Origin: Octopus bimaculoides
Lineage: Eukaryota
Reading direction: 5' to 3'
DNA length: 64,000 bases
NCBI RefSeq assembly: GCF_001194135.2
Contig: NC_068997.1
Location: 10,096,384 to 10,160,383 of the forward strand
This document shows, in pieces, positions 14,653-28,829 of this stretch; position 1 is the first letter of the stretch; the number at the start of each line of letters is the position of its first letter. A program made the translations under genes and the position numbers. The notes under the pieces are model-generated. The model did no database searches and was not told the DNA's origin. It was given only the letters and a program-made list of their open reading frames with translations.

Positions 14653-15092
14653 GTGGCTCAGTGGTTAGAGCATCAGGCTCTCACAATCATGAGGTAGTGA
14701 GTTCGATTCCTGGACTGGGCTGCGTGTTGTGTTCTTGAGCGAGACACTTTGTTTCACGTTGCCCCAGTTTACTCAGCTGTAGAAATGAGTTGCAATGTCA
14801 CTGGTGCCAAGCTGTATCGGCCCCTTTGCCTTTCCCTTGGATAATATCAGTGGTGTGGTGAGGTGTGTGNNNNNNNNNNGGTGCCAAGCTGTATCGGCCC
14901 CTTTGCCTTTCCCTTGGATAATATCAGTGGTGTGGTGAGGTGTGTGTGTGTGTGTGTGGGGGGGGGGCTGGTTTGCATGAGTAACTGCTGGTCTTCCATA
15001 AACAACCTTGCCTGAACTTGTGCCTCAGAGGGGAACCTTCTAGGTGTAATCCCATGGTCAGTCTTTACTCTGAAAGGGGTCTTTACCCTTTA
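14653..15092 (+). mobile_element. tRNA-derived CORE-like SINE family C (other copies 29744-30070, 38365-38684)
   Basis: GTGGCTCAGTGGTTAGAGC head, central TTCTTGAGCAAGACACTT...CACTCAGCTGTAGAAATGAGT, tail GTCTTTACCC. Three copies. Confidence 0.85.
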
Positions 15093-17099
15093 CTTTGTTG
15101 TGTCATGGGCAGAATATGGACTGTTAATTCTTTGTTGGGTCTCTCATACTTCTCCCCAGCTTCACTGTCCACCTGTTTGCATGCACATCTGTGTGTGTGT
15201 GTATGTGTGTGTGCGTGTGTGTGTGTGACTAAAAGACTACGAATCATGAAGTGATAGGTTTGATCCCTCTGGCTGCCATTTTGGTCAAGTGTTTTGCAAG
15301 TGTAAGTGGACAGAGGGGAAACTGTGTGGAAACCTTACTGGATAACTTGTACACATCATACAAAGTGCACAGTCTCATTGCATATGGTGTCTTGTTGATT
15401 CAGTCTGAGATCTGTGTAAAGAGGAGAAGAGAACAAGTGTATGTGGAATACTCTGCCATTTATACTATAAAACAAAGGAGTATGTAGTCTTGTTGATTGT
15501 ATGACTAGAAAAGTTGTTGAAACTGACTGAGAATATATGTGTGTGTGTGTCTGTGTATACACACACACACATATATATATGTAATTATGTGTGTGTGTGT
15601 GTATATGTGTGCGTGTGTGTCTGTATGTATGTGTGTATGTACATATGTGTATATATATATGTATGTGTATGCGTGTATATATGTGTGTGTGTGCATGTGT
15701 GTATGTATATATATNNNNNNNNNNNNNNNNNNNNNNNNNNNNNNNNNNNNNNNNNNNNNNNNNNNNNNNNNNNNNNNNNNNNNNNNNNNNNNNNNNNNNN
15801 NNNNNNNNNNNNNNNNNNNNNNNNNNNNNNNNNNNNNNNNNNNNNNNNNNNNNNNNNNNNNNNNNNNNNNNNNNNNNNNNNNNNNNNNNNNNNNNNNNNN
15901 NNNNNNNNNNNNNNNNNNNNNNNNNNNNNNNNNNNNNNNNNNNNNNNNNNNNNNNNNNNNNNNNNNNNNNNNNNNNNNNNNNNNNNNNNNNNNNNNNNNN
16001 NNNNNNNNNNNNNNNNNNNNNNNNNNNNNNNNNNNNNNNNNNNNNNNNNNNNNNNNNNNNNNNNNNNNNNNNNNNNNNNNNNNNNNNNNNNNNNNNNNNN
16101 NNNNNNNNNNNNNNNNNNNNNNNNNNNNNNNNNNNNNNNNNNNNNNNNNNNNNNNNNNNNNNNNNNNNNNNNATAATAATAATAATAATAATAATAATAA
16201 TAGTAATAATCATCATCGTTTAACGTCCGCTTTCCATGCTAGCATGGGTTGAACGATTTGACTGAGGACTGGTGAAACCAGATGGCTACACCAGGCTCCA
16301 ATCTGATTTGGCAGAGTTTCTACTGCTGGATGCCCTTCCTAACGCCAACCACTCTGAGAGTGTAGTGGGTGCTTTTATGTGCCACCGGCACGAAGGCCAG
16401 TCAGGCGGTACTGGCAACGGCCATGCTCAAAATGGTGTGTTTTACGTGCCACCTGCACAGGAGCCAGTCCAGCGGCACTGGCAACGATCTTGCTCGAATG
16501 GCTTTTCACGTGCCAGAAAGGCGACACTGGTAACGATCATGCTTGAGCAGTGGTGCCATCACGATAATAATAATAATAATAATAATTATAATAATAAAGG
16601 TGATGATGATGATGATAATGATGCTGGCTTCTATATTTGCTGCAAGTTGATTGAAATAGCTTTAGTGTATGTTCTTGTATTTATGTTAACATTTCAGGAA
16701 AAGTTGCAAGAATGCTTTTTAAGTGTTTATTTGACTTGTTTTATGTTTGTCTTGAATTCACACCCTGCCTAGACCAATTTTGCCTTTCCATCCTTTGGTA
16801 AAATACCAACCAAAGTACTCAGGGTATTATTCCTTCTCAGATATGTGACCGTGTGTTTTTTTTCTCTGGCCTTCTGTGAAAAACACGCCTGGCAATGGGT
16901 GAAATATCATCTTGCCTGGAGACAGGCGATGTTTGGTGACAAGAAGGGCATCTGGCTGTAGAAAATCTGCTTCAAGAAATTCTCTCTGATCCATACATGC
17001 ATGGAAAAGTGGATCTTACATGAAGCTGCTGAAGGTGTGCCCTCTTTAGAAATCAATAATTTTTTTTTTCACATTGTCACACGGCCACAGAGTTGTTGG

Positions 17100-17119
17100 A
17101 GAGAGAGAGAAAGAGAGAA

Positions 17120-17154
<35 letters not shown>

Positions 17155-17170
17155 GAGAGAGAGAGAGAAG

Positions 17171-17201
<31 letters not shown>

Positions 17202-17232
17202 GGAGAGAGAGAGAGAAGGAGAGAGAGAAAGA
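17100..17232. repeat. (GA)n purine microsatellite
   Basis: Direct inspection. Confidence 0.95.
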
Positions 17233-20200
17233 GTTACAGTTGATTGATTATCCAAATCATTACATTCCGGGGTAAAATAAGACCTTGTGGTATTTGTTCC
17301 GACTCTTTACATTCTGAGTTCAAATCCAGTAACAGTCAAGTTAAGTTTTACCCTCTACCATTCTGGGGTTGACTCATGAAATGCCAGTCAAAGTATTATG
17401 GTTGATTCTCTCTGTTTGTCTGCCTTTCTCTGAACCAACTCTGTTGCATTGTGAGAAGGGTAGTAAGAGACCACTAACAGCATCCCCTTTTTTTCTTTCC
17501 ACACATCGAAGGGTTGAGTGAAGGGCTAGCAATTTCTTCTCATAGAAAAACTGATATGTTACTGAAACTTTCTTGAGCTGGATTGGGGGCAGTAAAGTAC
17601 AAAACAGAAACAAAGGAGATATTACTGGTACTTTGTTTCTTGGGTCTCAGTGAAATGAGCGTCCTTCTCCGTGACATTTGTCATTCTTCCTTGCTCTCAG
17701 CTGCCTAGCTCATGAATGTCAACTACAACTCAAGAGTATGCTATGTCTTTTATGGGAGTGTTTGTGACTGTGGTCTTGGACCAGCTGCACAGTTTGCCAG
17801 CCTACATACAGGATGTTTTAATGAGACACCACTTCTAGGGATGGTCATTGGTTCACAATGAGCTTATCTTTCCTTTCACAGGTCTTGGTTTTAGTGCTGC
17901 AGTGTATTCACAACATCCTCCTCACCTGACATGCTAGTTGCTGGGGCCAGTTTAGTCGCTGACCACTCAGCCATGAGACAGGTTGTACTGGGTTACATGG
18001 TACCAGTAGCAGGTTTTTCCTGACCTGTTCTAGGAGATTTGTTCATTAATAATGATTTCAAACTAAGAGACAAGGCCACACATTTTTTTTTATCATGCAA
18101 ATGGCATCTATGCTGGTCGCATGTAAAAACCACCCATTACACTCTTGGAATGGTTGGCATTAGGAAGGGCATCCAGCCGTGGAAAGCCATGCCAAATCAG
18201 ACTGAAGTCTAATGCAGCCTTTCAGCATACCAGCCCAGGTCAAACTGTCCAACCCATGCCAGCATGGACAACGGACGTTAAATGATGATGATGAGCAAAT
18301 AGTTGATTGAAATTGTTCATTGCCAGTGCCACTGGACTAGCTCCTGTGCAGGTGGCATGTAAAATATACCATTTTGAGCGTGGCTATTGCCAGTACCGCC
18401 TGACTGGCCTTTGTTCCGGTGGCACGTAAAAGCACCAACTACACTCTCAGAGTGGTTGCCAAATCAGATTGGAGCCTGGTGCAGCCATCTGGTTTTCACC
18501 AGTCCTCAGTCAAATCGTCCAACCCATGCTAGCATGGAAAGCGGACGTTAAACGATGATGATGATAATGATTTGACTGGTACTTATTTTATCACCTGCAG
18601 AATGATAAAAGACTGCAGCTAAATATGACCGTACATTTAGTTAATGCTCCACCAACACTGTCCTGCCATCACCACCACCACCACAACTGCTACAACCATC
18701 ACCGTCATTTTAGTGTCCACTTTTCCATGCTTGCACGGTTCAAACAATACTTGTTGAGGAATATTTGCTACAGTTAGATGCCCTTCCTGTTGTCAAGCCT
18801 CACCTGTTTCCACATGAGATAACATTCCACCATGGCCAGACATGTTTTTCACAGATGACTGGAAACTAGAGTTTGATATGAGTGAGGCTGAGCTGTTACT
18901 TCTTGTAAGTCATTAGTTGTGGGGGTCAATGGTTGTGGGGGTCAATGGTTTTTGGTGTTGTCATGTTCAGATTGTCCTGTATTTATCAAGGTGTCATCTC
19001 TGATGTACTTTGTATCACAATTGCAGGTTCTTTCTAAACTATTTTGCAGCTGTAACATCATCATCATCATCGTTTAACAGCCATTTTCCATGCTGGCATG
19101 GGTTGGACGGTTTGACTGAGGTCTGGAAAGCCAGGAAGCTGCACCAGGCTCCAATCTGATCTGGCAACGTTTCTACAGTTGGATGCCCTTCCTAATGCCA
19201 ACCACTGCGAGAGTGTAGTGAGTGCTTTTTATGTGCCACTTGCACAGGAGCCAGTCAGGTGGCCCTGGTATCGTTCACGTTCGGATAGTNNNNNNNNNNN
19301 NNNNNNNNNNNNNNNNNNNNNNNNNNNNNNNNNNNNNNNNNNNNNNNNNNNNNNNNNNNNNNNNNNNNNNNNNNNNNNNNNNNNNNNNNNNNNNNNNNNN
19401 NNNNNNNNNNNNNNNNNNNNNNNNNNNNNNNNNNNNNNNNNNNNNNNNNNNNNNNNNNNNNNNNNNNNNNNNNNNNNNNNNNNNNNNNNNNNNNNNNNNN
19501 NNNNNNNNNNNNNNNNNNNNNNNNNNNNNNNNNNNNNNNNNNNNNNNNNNNNNNNNNNNNNNNNNNNNNNNNNNNNNNNNNNNNNNNNNNNNNNNNNNNN
19601 NNNNNNNNNNNNNNNNNNNNNNNNNNNNNNNNNNNNNNNNNNNNNNNNNNNNNNNNNNNNNNNNNNAAACACACAAGCCACATGGAAAACATTCTACTTC
19701 ATCAGCTACCCCCGTTTTAACACCGGCGTTTCGAAGAGCTGGGCAGGACGCATCGTTAAAACGGCTCTTCCCATGGACCGCAAATTAAATTTGTATACAC
19801 AAATTAAATCTAGCCATAGAGGAATGTAGTGGCGGACAAAAAACAAGACAGGAAAACAAACAGAAAAGGCTTTACGGCCAGACGAGAAAAATTATGTGTG
19901 TATGAACGCTGTGAAGCACGAACTTGAAAGTAGGGACGAAGTGGTTCGCATGTTTGCTCGGCGATAGCCAAGGAAGAAAAGGATTATTGACTATATATAT
20001 ATATATATATATAGAAAGAGAGAGAGAGAATCACACAGCAAACAACATAATAGCAATATGAACTGTTTTGACCATCAAACTTGTATTTAAATAGAAACCT
20101 GAAAATGATGAGTCTAATAAGTAAATCGATGCCATCGCTGCTGCTGCTGCTATAGAAAAATATTTATAAAAATATTTAAAAAAATAGAGCGTCATCTAGG

Positions 20201-21216
20201 ATATCTAGTCATAAGATCATCCTAGCCATGTTTTTATTGATATTATGGATAAAAGAAATCTCTTGATTTAAAAATCGATAATGAAAGAAACAAAACTCCA
20301 ACCAAAAACAAAAACAAAAAAGAAACAAAAGAAAATGAGTAAAACAAAGAAACTCTAACAATGAAAGGCTATTGAACCAGAACTCAATGCATCCTACTTT
20401 ATACTGTATATTTGGCGCTGAGAATGTCCCTGGGTGTCAGTAGTTAAGCTGGTGCAATTGTAGTTTTGTAGTATAACTGTACTAGCTAGAAACGAATGAG
20501 ATATTTTTATATTCTTTTATTCTTATATTTGTTTCAGTCATTTGACTGCAGCCATGCTGGAGCACTGCCTTTTAGTTGAACAAATCGACCCCAGGACTTA
20601 TTTTTTGTAAGCTTAGTACTTATTCTATCGGTCTCTTTTACCGAACCGCTAAGTTATGGGGACGTAAACACACCAGCATCGGTTGTCAAGCGATGTTGGA
20701 CACACACACACACACACATATTTGACGGGCTTCTTTCAGTTTCCGTCTACCAAATCCACTCGCAAGGCTTTGGTCGGCCCGAGGCTATAATAGAAGACAC
20801 TTGCCTAAGGTACCACTCAGTGGGACTGANNNNNNNNNNNNNNNNNNNNNNNNNNNNNNNNNNNNNNNNNNNNNNNNNNNNNNNNNNNNNNNNNNNNNNN
20901 NNNNNNNNNNNNNNNNNNNNNNNNNNNNNNNNNNNNNNNNNNNNNNNNNNNNNNNNNNNNNNNNNNNNNNNNNNNNNNNNNNNNNNNNNNNNNNNNNNNN
21001 NNNNNNNNNNNNNNNNNNNNNNNNNNNNNNNNNNNNNNNNNNNNNNNNNNNNNNNNNNNNNNNNNNNNNNNNNNNNNNNNNNNNNNNNNNNNNNNNNNNN
21101 NNNNNNNNNNNNNNNNNNNNNNNNNNNNNNNNNNNNNNNNNNNNNNNNNNNNNNNNNNNNNNNNNNNNNNNNNNNNNNNNNNNNNNNNNNNNNNNNNNNN
21201 NNNNNNNNNNNNNNNN

Positions 21217-21278
<62 letters not shown>

Positions 21279-23536
21279 TAGGCACCACGTCATTGTTGTG
21301 CAAGCAAAGTTGTTCATATCTAGTCTTCCTTGAAAAACATGTCTGGCCATGGGAAAATATCAGTTTGCTTGGAAACAGGTGGGGGTTGGCAGCAGGAAGG
21401 GCATCCAGCTGTAGAAAAATCTGTCCTAGTAAATTCCATATGCAAGCATTGGAAAATGGATGTTAAATGATGATGATGATGACCTGTAATGAATTAAGTG
21501 TTGATTAAGTGTAGTAGTTTAGCCAGTGGGCAGAAGTTCAATCCCTGGATCAGTCAGGCTATATCACAAATAGAAGAACTAGAATGGTGAATGAACTGAG
21601 AACAGTCTGCCCCTGTGCATTTAATAGAGTTTGGTTCAAGATTCCAAGACCATTATTAAATCTCTTGGGCACCCAATGATGGCCAGAGAGTGTAACGGTC
21701 AAAATGTAGTGACTATAACAACCAAGATGAGGGTGCCGATACTAATATGTCACTGTATTAGGATTTCAACTGTACACAAACTCCAGAAACACTTATCAGT
21801 TACATAGTGCCCCCTCCTACTTACCATGGTTAACCATAAAGTTTTTGTTTGTTAATTATTTTTAGCTTTTGCAGTTAACTTTATCCGTTATGTACACAGC
21901 ATTCTTCTGGTGATAGGATGTGAAACATGGATTCACCGTTTCCTTGTTGCTTAACCTCCCCCCCCCCAAAAAAAAAAATTCATTCCCAACTGTGACTATT
22001 CCATCTGCTTATTCTTTACTAGGTGTAGTGTTTGTGAAAGCACATGACATTGTGGTTAGGGCATTGGGTTCACGTTCTCTAGGTTGCGGGTTTGATTCTT
22101 GAACTGGGTAGGTTATTGAAAGCCGTGGCCTTGAGCAAGGCACTTCATCCACTTTGCTTCAGTCCCTTCAGTTGTAAATAAAGTACCTGTGTCACCTGTG
22201 GAGGTTAACCTTTTGATAGCCTTGTTCATGCTCAGGTGGAAATCCTGTAGGCATAGTTGCTTAAAAGCCATGAAAACCTGGATAAATTTTGACTTAATGG
22301 CTCTGTAGACTGGAGACAAGACTTTAACTGTATGGGGTTTAAATGTATTGATCCTTTACACAAGAGGTCTTCTGGTAACAGGTTGTAAAATATGGATCCC
22401 CTTTTCCTCTCTTGATGCTATTTAGCTCCAAATTGGCCCCCAATTATGCAAATATCTGATCAAAACCTTTCCAGCTGTGACCATCCCAATTTTTTTGTTC
22501 CCTCTTGGCATAGTGTTCTTTGAATATCATCCAATATGGAGTGGTTGGCGTTAGGAAGGGCATCAAGCTGTAGAAACTCTGCCAAATCAGATTGGAGCCT
22601 GGTGTAGCCATCTGGTTTCACCAGTCCTCAGTTAAATCGTCCAACCCATGCTAGCATGGAAAGCGGATGTTAAACGATGATGATGATGAGGATGTCCTTT
22701 GATTTTCTTTTTATAGACAAGTAGAGTGTAATCTAAGAGAAATTTGGCTGTTATTTCTAGCAGGTTGAGTGACCATACAGAGATTTTCTCTTTGCTTCAT
22801 TGTCTAATGGATAGGTGGTGTTGGGCAGTGGTGGGGTTCTTATTGACTTGGGCCTTTTAGTGCTACTCGCCTCTCGTAGGGGTAAAGACAGACAGTTGAA
22901 GTAAAGCATCTAGTGTGGTGCTTTGCTGCCATTGTCATCTCTACTTCTAGACAAGATTGACATGTGTTATGACATACCTCAACAGTATACAACTGAAATA
23001 TTGCACAGCAAAACTCTTTCCGTTTTCTTTTTTTTGTTTTTACTTTTTACTTTTACCCAGTAAACATTTTTACATATGTAACCTTCGTCCCCCACCAAAA
23101 AAGAACAAAAAAAAAAGAAACAAAGAAAAAAACAATCACTTCATAACAACATTTATAATGATATCTGGAATAAATTACTGACACTTACTGGAAAAAACCC
23201 AAAGAAAGAGGAAGATGTGGAAATATATTTCTACGCACACACCCACCCACCCATATATCATCATCATCATCATCATCATTTAACATATGCTTTCCGTGCT
23301 GGCATGGGTTGGACAGTTTGATAGGAGGTGGTAAGGCAAGGAGCCACATCACTCATGAATTTAATTGACTCCCATTTGAGTATATATTTTAATTATAACT
23401 GAAGAACACCATCAGAACAGCATCGATATTACAATGTAAAAAATTTCAGCCTGTTTACTGCATCTTTAGGGATGAAAACTGTTTTAATACTTACACTGCC
23501 ATGAACTGTTTTATCCTTTGATATATATATTGTGTT

Positions 23537-23921
23537 GTGGAGGCGCAATGGCCTAGTGGTTAGGGCAGCGGACTCGCGGTTGTAGGATCGCAGTTTCGAT
23601 TCCCAGATCGGGCGTTGTGAGTGTTTATTGAGCGAAAACACCTAAAAAGCTCCACGAGGCTCCGGCAGGGGATAGTGGCGAACCCTGCTATACTCTTTCA
23701 CCACAACTTTCTCTCACTCTTACTTCCTGTTTCTTTTGTGCCTGTAATTCAAAGGGTCAGCCTTGTCACACTGTGTCACGCTGAATCTCTCCGAGAACTA
23801 CGTTAAGGGTACACGTGTCTGTGGAGTGCTCAGCCACTTGCACGTTAATTCCACGAGCAGGCTGTTCCGTTGATCGGATCAACTGGAACTCTCGACGTCG
23901 TAAGCGACGGAGTGCCAACAC
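23537..23921 (+). mobile_element. tRNA-derived SINE family B, full length with 12-bp TSD
   Basis: Head GGAGGCGCAATGGCCTAGTGGTTAGGGC. TSD ATATATTGTGTT at 23525-23536 and 23922-23933. Confidence 0.9.
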
Positions 23922-24676
23922 ATATATTGTGTTACCTGAGTGGATTTGAACTACCCAGTCATCTATCTTCTCTGCCTACTATTCCTAGGAGGATCGTGGA
24001 GGTAGTGTCATCTGTCATCTGTCATCTCCTCCATAAGCTCCTATCAGAAACAAGCATCTTTACATTTCCCCAGCTTCCCAAGCATGACCAACTGCAACTA
24101 TAGATATTATCCAACAGTCTCATTCCTGCTTTCCCTCTAGATCTCCTGCCAATTGGCTCAGCTTGAAGAATCCGTCTTGCGATTCAGTTCTGTGACATTC
24201 TAATTACATGACCATAGTACCAGAGTGGCGACCTCTCAATGTAGATTTGAACTAAAACCCTTTGTTTCTAGACTACACCTAGAAATGCATTTAGCCACTT
24301 GACCACCAGCATTTAGCTTCATTGTTTTAGATAATGTATCATTAACATTGTTAAAATGCTTCCCTTTCTTGTAGTTTAATCTATTGAGTTCATTGATTCA
24401 CAAATATTCATGAATCTGTCCTTGACCTAGTTCTTTGTTGTTGTTGTTATTGTTATCATTATCGCCATTAGCAGCAGTTGTATAAAATTTATATTTCTGG
24501 TTAGACAGCTGCAAGAGGACTATTTAGCAAACAACAAATAACTTTCATATTGTAGAATTTAACAAATGCTTTTGACAGTTGTGACTGGTGAGAAACGACA
24601 AAGCATGCTCGATTTTGAAAGTAGGACTGAGTGAGATAGAGTGAGTGGTTTTATTAAATGCAGGTATATATATATA

Positions 24677-25030
24677 GGCGCAGGAGTGGCTGTGTGGTAA
24701 GAAGCTTGCTTCCCAACCACATGGTTCTGGGTTCAGTCCCACTGTGTGGCATGATAGCCTCGGGCTGACCAGAGCCTTGTTGAGTGGATTTAGTCGACAG
24801 AAACTGAAAGAAGCCCGTCATATATATGTATATGTATGTATTTTTGTGTCTGTATTTGACCCCCACCATTGCTTGACAACTGATGTTGGGGCGTTTACGT
24901 CCCTGTAACTTAGCAGTTCGACAAAAGAGACTGATAGAATAAGTACTAGGCTTACAAAGATTAAGTCCTCTGGTTGGTTTGTTTGACTAAAAGTGGTGCT
25001 CCAGTATGGCCGCAGTCAAGATGACTGATT
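24677..25030 (+). mobile_element. SINE family A copy. Further partial or minus copies near 1085-1230, 6326-6850, 9250-9830, 20520-20829, 28040-28310, 29030-29610, 32256-32820, 34107-34255, 35105-35430, 36055-36200, 43860-44470, 46210-46425, 56520-56960
   Basis: Shared diagnostic strings, e.g. GCTCCAGCATGGCC(G/A)CAGTC and GGATTTGGTAGA. Boundaries approximate. Confidence 0.8.
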
Positions 25031-25139
25031 CAAATAAAAGAACAAAAAAATATACACACAAACACACAGAAGCGCCTTTGATTTTGAGCAGATACTAATC
25101 CAACACAGGCACACAAATGTGCTAATTGTCAACATTTCA

Positions 25140-25367
25140 TTAACCCGTCATCGTTTAAACTGGCCATATCCAGCCCCAAAATTCTACTTGTTTTATGATC
25201 TAACCATCCAGATCTGGCTTCTTACATCTATCCTACAATGTCATTCTAAAACTAAACAATCACATTATCAAAGACCTGAAGCTATGAGATAATGCATGGT
25301 TAATTCAAGAGCAGATCAGTAAATCAGCATTACATTTGACGGAGTCATTTGAATACTAAAGGGTTAA
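25140..25367. mobile_element. piggyBac-type MITE (different internal sequence); another at 31978-32214
   Basis: TTAACCC...AAAGGGTTAA termini. Confidence 0.7.
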
Positions 25368-26607
25368 CAGGCATGGATTGGACAGTTTGACGGGAGCTGG
25401 CAAACCATGGTTTCTACAGCTGTATGTCCTTCCTAATGCCAATACTAAAGGGTTAACTAACTCATTATAACACTAATGTGCTACATCTTCCTTTGGCTAC
25501 TTTTACTGTTACCATATTGGCTTCGTCTCCAGCTCCCTCAAAGTATCAAACTGTGCACCATTCCATGTATCTTCCTCTCTTTCTCTCATCCTTCTTATTC
25601 TGCCTTAAACTTCTGTAAAAAGAAATTTGGTTATTCCTTTCTTCTGTAGAACTGGTCTTCTCTCTGAACACTCTCTTCCTTGCCCATGTTTTCCCTCCAG
25701 GCCTCAGCTTGCAGAGATGTTAAAACAGAATGTGACCAGGGTAGCCAGGTTTCATTAATGAGCCACACAAAATTTTTGAGAAGTTGTGACTTGCATTGGA
25801 AAGTAGCCCAAAATGAAGTGGTACCAAGGATAGGACACACACACACTCTCTGTGTCTCTCACACACGTGGACACACGTGTGTATATATATANNNNNNNNN
25901 NNNNNNNNNNNNNNNNNNNNNNNNNNNNNNNNNNNNNNNNNNNNNNNNNNNNNNNNNNNNNNNNNNNNNNNNNNNNNNNNNNNNNNNNNNNNNNNNNNNN
26001 NNNNNNNNNNNNNNNNNNNNNNNNNNNNNNNNNNNNNNNNNNNNNNNNNNNNNNNNNNNNNNNNNNNNNNNNNNNNNNNNNNNNNNNNNNNNNNNNNNNN
26101 NNNNNNNNNNNNNNNNNNNNNNNNNNNNNNNNNNNNNNNNNNNNNNNNNNNNNNNNNNNNNNNNNNNNNNNNNNNNNNNNNNNNNNNNNNNNNNNNNNNN
26201 NNNNNNNNNNNNNNNNNNNNNNNNNNNNNNNNNNNNNNNNNNNNNNNNNNNNNNNNNNNNNNNNNNNNNNNNNNNNNNNNNNNNNNNNNNNNNNNNNNNN
26301 NNNNNNNNNNNNNNNNNNNNNNNNNNNNNNNNNNNNNNNNNNNNNNNNNNNNNNNNNNNNNNNNNNNNNNNNNNNNNNNNNNNNNNNNNNNNNNNNNNNN
26401 NNNNNNNNNNNNNNNNNNNNNNNNNNNNNNNNNNNNNNNNNNNNNNNNNNNNNNNNNNNNNNNNNNNNNNNNNNNNNNNNNNNNNNNNNNNNNNNNNNNN
26501 NNNNNATTTACTTACCGATTTAATGATAATTAGCAGCTTTCTTACTTTTGAAAATTAAAATTTTTAAATTAGCGAGTCGTCCACATTGGAACGACAGCAA
26601 CGTGCAG

Positions 26608-26741
26608 TCATAAATGTAGCACATCGACTACCTGTTGCTTAATCTGGCAGAGCTGAACACCACCTAAATCAGCGACTTCATTTGGTGGTGGTGGAGCAGT
26701 TTGCACCTGTTTAAAACTACCTCCAGCATCACCACTGTCAC
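26608..26741 (-). CDS. Candidate terminal exon of ATF2/7 (GDSGDAGGSFKQVQTAPPPPNEVADLGGVQLCQIKQQVVDVLHL*)
   Basis: Phase-1 entry fits exon 9, with an open frame to TGA in non-repetitive sequence. The acceptor (gataag) is weak and no homology was recognised; the true last exon could lie in a gap. Confidence 0.4.
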
Positions 26742-28787
26742 CTTATCAATATCACAGCCAATCCTTGTATCTTTTTATGATTTTGAAGCATTAAAAAAAA
26801 AAAAAAATGCAAAGTTAATATGAATAATAGGCTTCATTTAAGTGTTTTTTGTTGTTTTTTTTGTCACAACAGTCTTCATCACATTTTCAGCATCACCTTT
26901 ATCATCGTCATTTCTCGTCATTCATCGCCCACTCTTTCCATGACCGTCTCTGTTTGTCATCCTTATCCCCACCACCCCACCCTACCCCACCTCACTCACT
27001 GTCTCCGCCATCATTGCATCATCGTTGTCATCATTACTGTCAGTATGCAATCATCGTTAATGTCGTTACCATTGTCATTGCCACCGTGTCAGACATTTTG
27101 ATGGTTATAAATTCTGTTAATCTGACTGATGGTTTCTATAGATATATCCGAGAATGGAAGCTTACCATCCATCAACATCATCATCATCATCATCATCATC
27201 GCCTACTGCCACAGCAACACAACTTCTACTGATTCCATTATACCACCACCACCACCACCACCACCTTGCCTGTTCAGTTCTTATTTACACATCTATTTCT
27301 ATATGGCACTTAATTCAATTGATTTCTTTGCCCTCCCCCACTCTTTATGTCTCATTCCTCCTCCTCCCTGTGTCATCTATTCATTTATTAGATATTGCAA
27401 TCTCTCTCTCTCTCTCTGTCTGCTTTCTTTTCTTTATCCACCCTCACCTTCCCTTGTTACCTTCTGCTTCTCTCCTAGCTCCCCCCCCATCTCACAACAA
27501 AATCTTCACAATCTTTTAATGTTTTTTATGCCTTTTTTTTTCTTTTACTGTTAGCTGAATACCTAGCATGTTCATCCATGTTTCCATCATCATCATCATC
27601 ATCATCATTGATGTATATAGAGGGTGATTCAAGAGGATTTTTAGCATTAGCATTTAAACGATATGTGATTTTTATTTTGTCTTAATTTAGTTTTGATATA
27701 GTTTTAACTCTGACTTTGCTATTTTGTTACGTAAATGCATGCATATATTTATACATTTATCATCATCATCGTTTAATGTGCATTTTCCATGGGGGCATGG
27801 GTTGGACGGTTTACAGGAGCTGGCCAGGTAGAAAAACTTCCCTATGCTACTGTGTCTGTTTTGGCAGGGGTTTTATGGCTGGATGCCCTTCCTAACACCA
27901 ACCACCCTGCAGAGTGGACTCAGTGCTTTTTATGTGGCCCCAGCACAGGCAAGGTCAGTTTTGGCATGATTTTACCAGCTGGATGCCCTTCCAAATGCCA
28001 ACCACTTTACAGTGTGGCTGTGTGGTAAGGATAGGTGCAGGTGTGGCTGTGTGGTAAGAAGCTTGCTTCCCAACCACATGGTTCCAGGTTCAGTCCTACA
28101 GTGTAGCACCTTGGGCAAGTGTCAGCCTCGGGCTGACCAAAGCCTTGTGAGTGGATTTGGTAGATATAAACTGAAAGAAGCCTGTCGTATATACACACAC
28201 ATATATATATATATGTATATCTCTTTACTCTTTACTCGTTTACTTGTTTCAGTCATTTAACTGCGTCCATGCTGGAGCACTGCCTTTAGTCAAGCAAATC
28301 GACCCCAGTTATAATATAGAGGCCTACTCAAAGTACAAACGTATGCATATGCTTTATGAGATATGTAGACCACAATCACTTGATTACATAAAGAGGAGTC
28401 TGAGTCAGAGGTGCCAATAATAGAGGAGTCGGAGTCCAAGTCGAATTTTTTGTTTCGATTCCACAGTCCTGGTTACTGGCTCTAGTAAGGTCACCTAGTG
28501 ACTCACAAGTCGAGGACCATCAACTGAGTAGGATGGTGGGATGGATGGAGTAGTATTGAGGGAGGTGGTTTTATGTCAGGTGATGAGAGGTAAAAAGTAT
28601 GGTAGCAGGATAGGACAGGAAAAGATGTTTTGCTGTGGAGGAGAGATACATGGCTACTTCCTGTTGGGGAAAAAGAGAAAGTGAGAAATCATATGTAGTC
28701 AGTCATATATTAGACGGGACAGTTTTATGTGGGATGAACTAGTAACCAGAAAGCAAGTGAGAAGCGTCTTTCTTTTGAAAGAAACCC

Positions 28788-28829
<42 letters not shown>

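Noticed and set aside
14805-14945. Direct repeats flanking 10-N gaps (also 44156-44309)
   Set aside because: The same sequence on both sides of a nominal gap indicates contig-overlap assembly artefacts.
26573-26642. Plus-strand peptide VINVAHRLPVA resembling the trehalose-6-phosphate synthase N-terminus
   Set aside because: Followed at once by a stop codon with no further motifs; coincidental.
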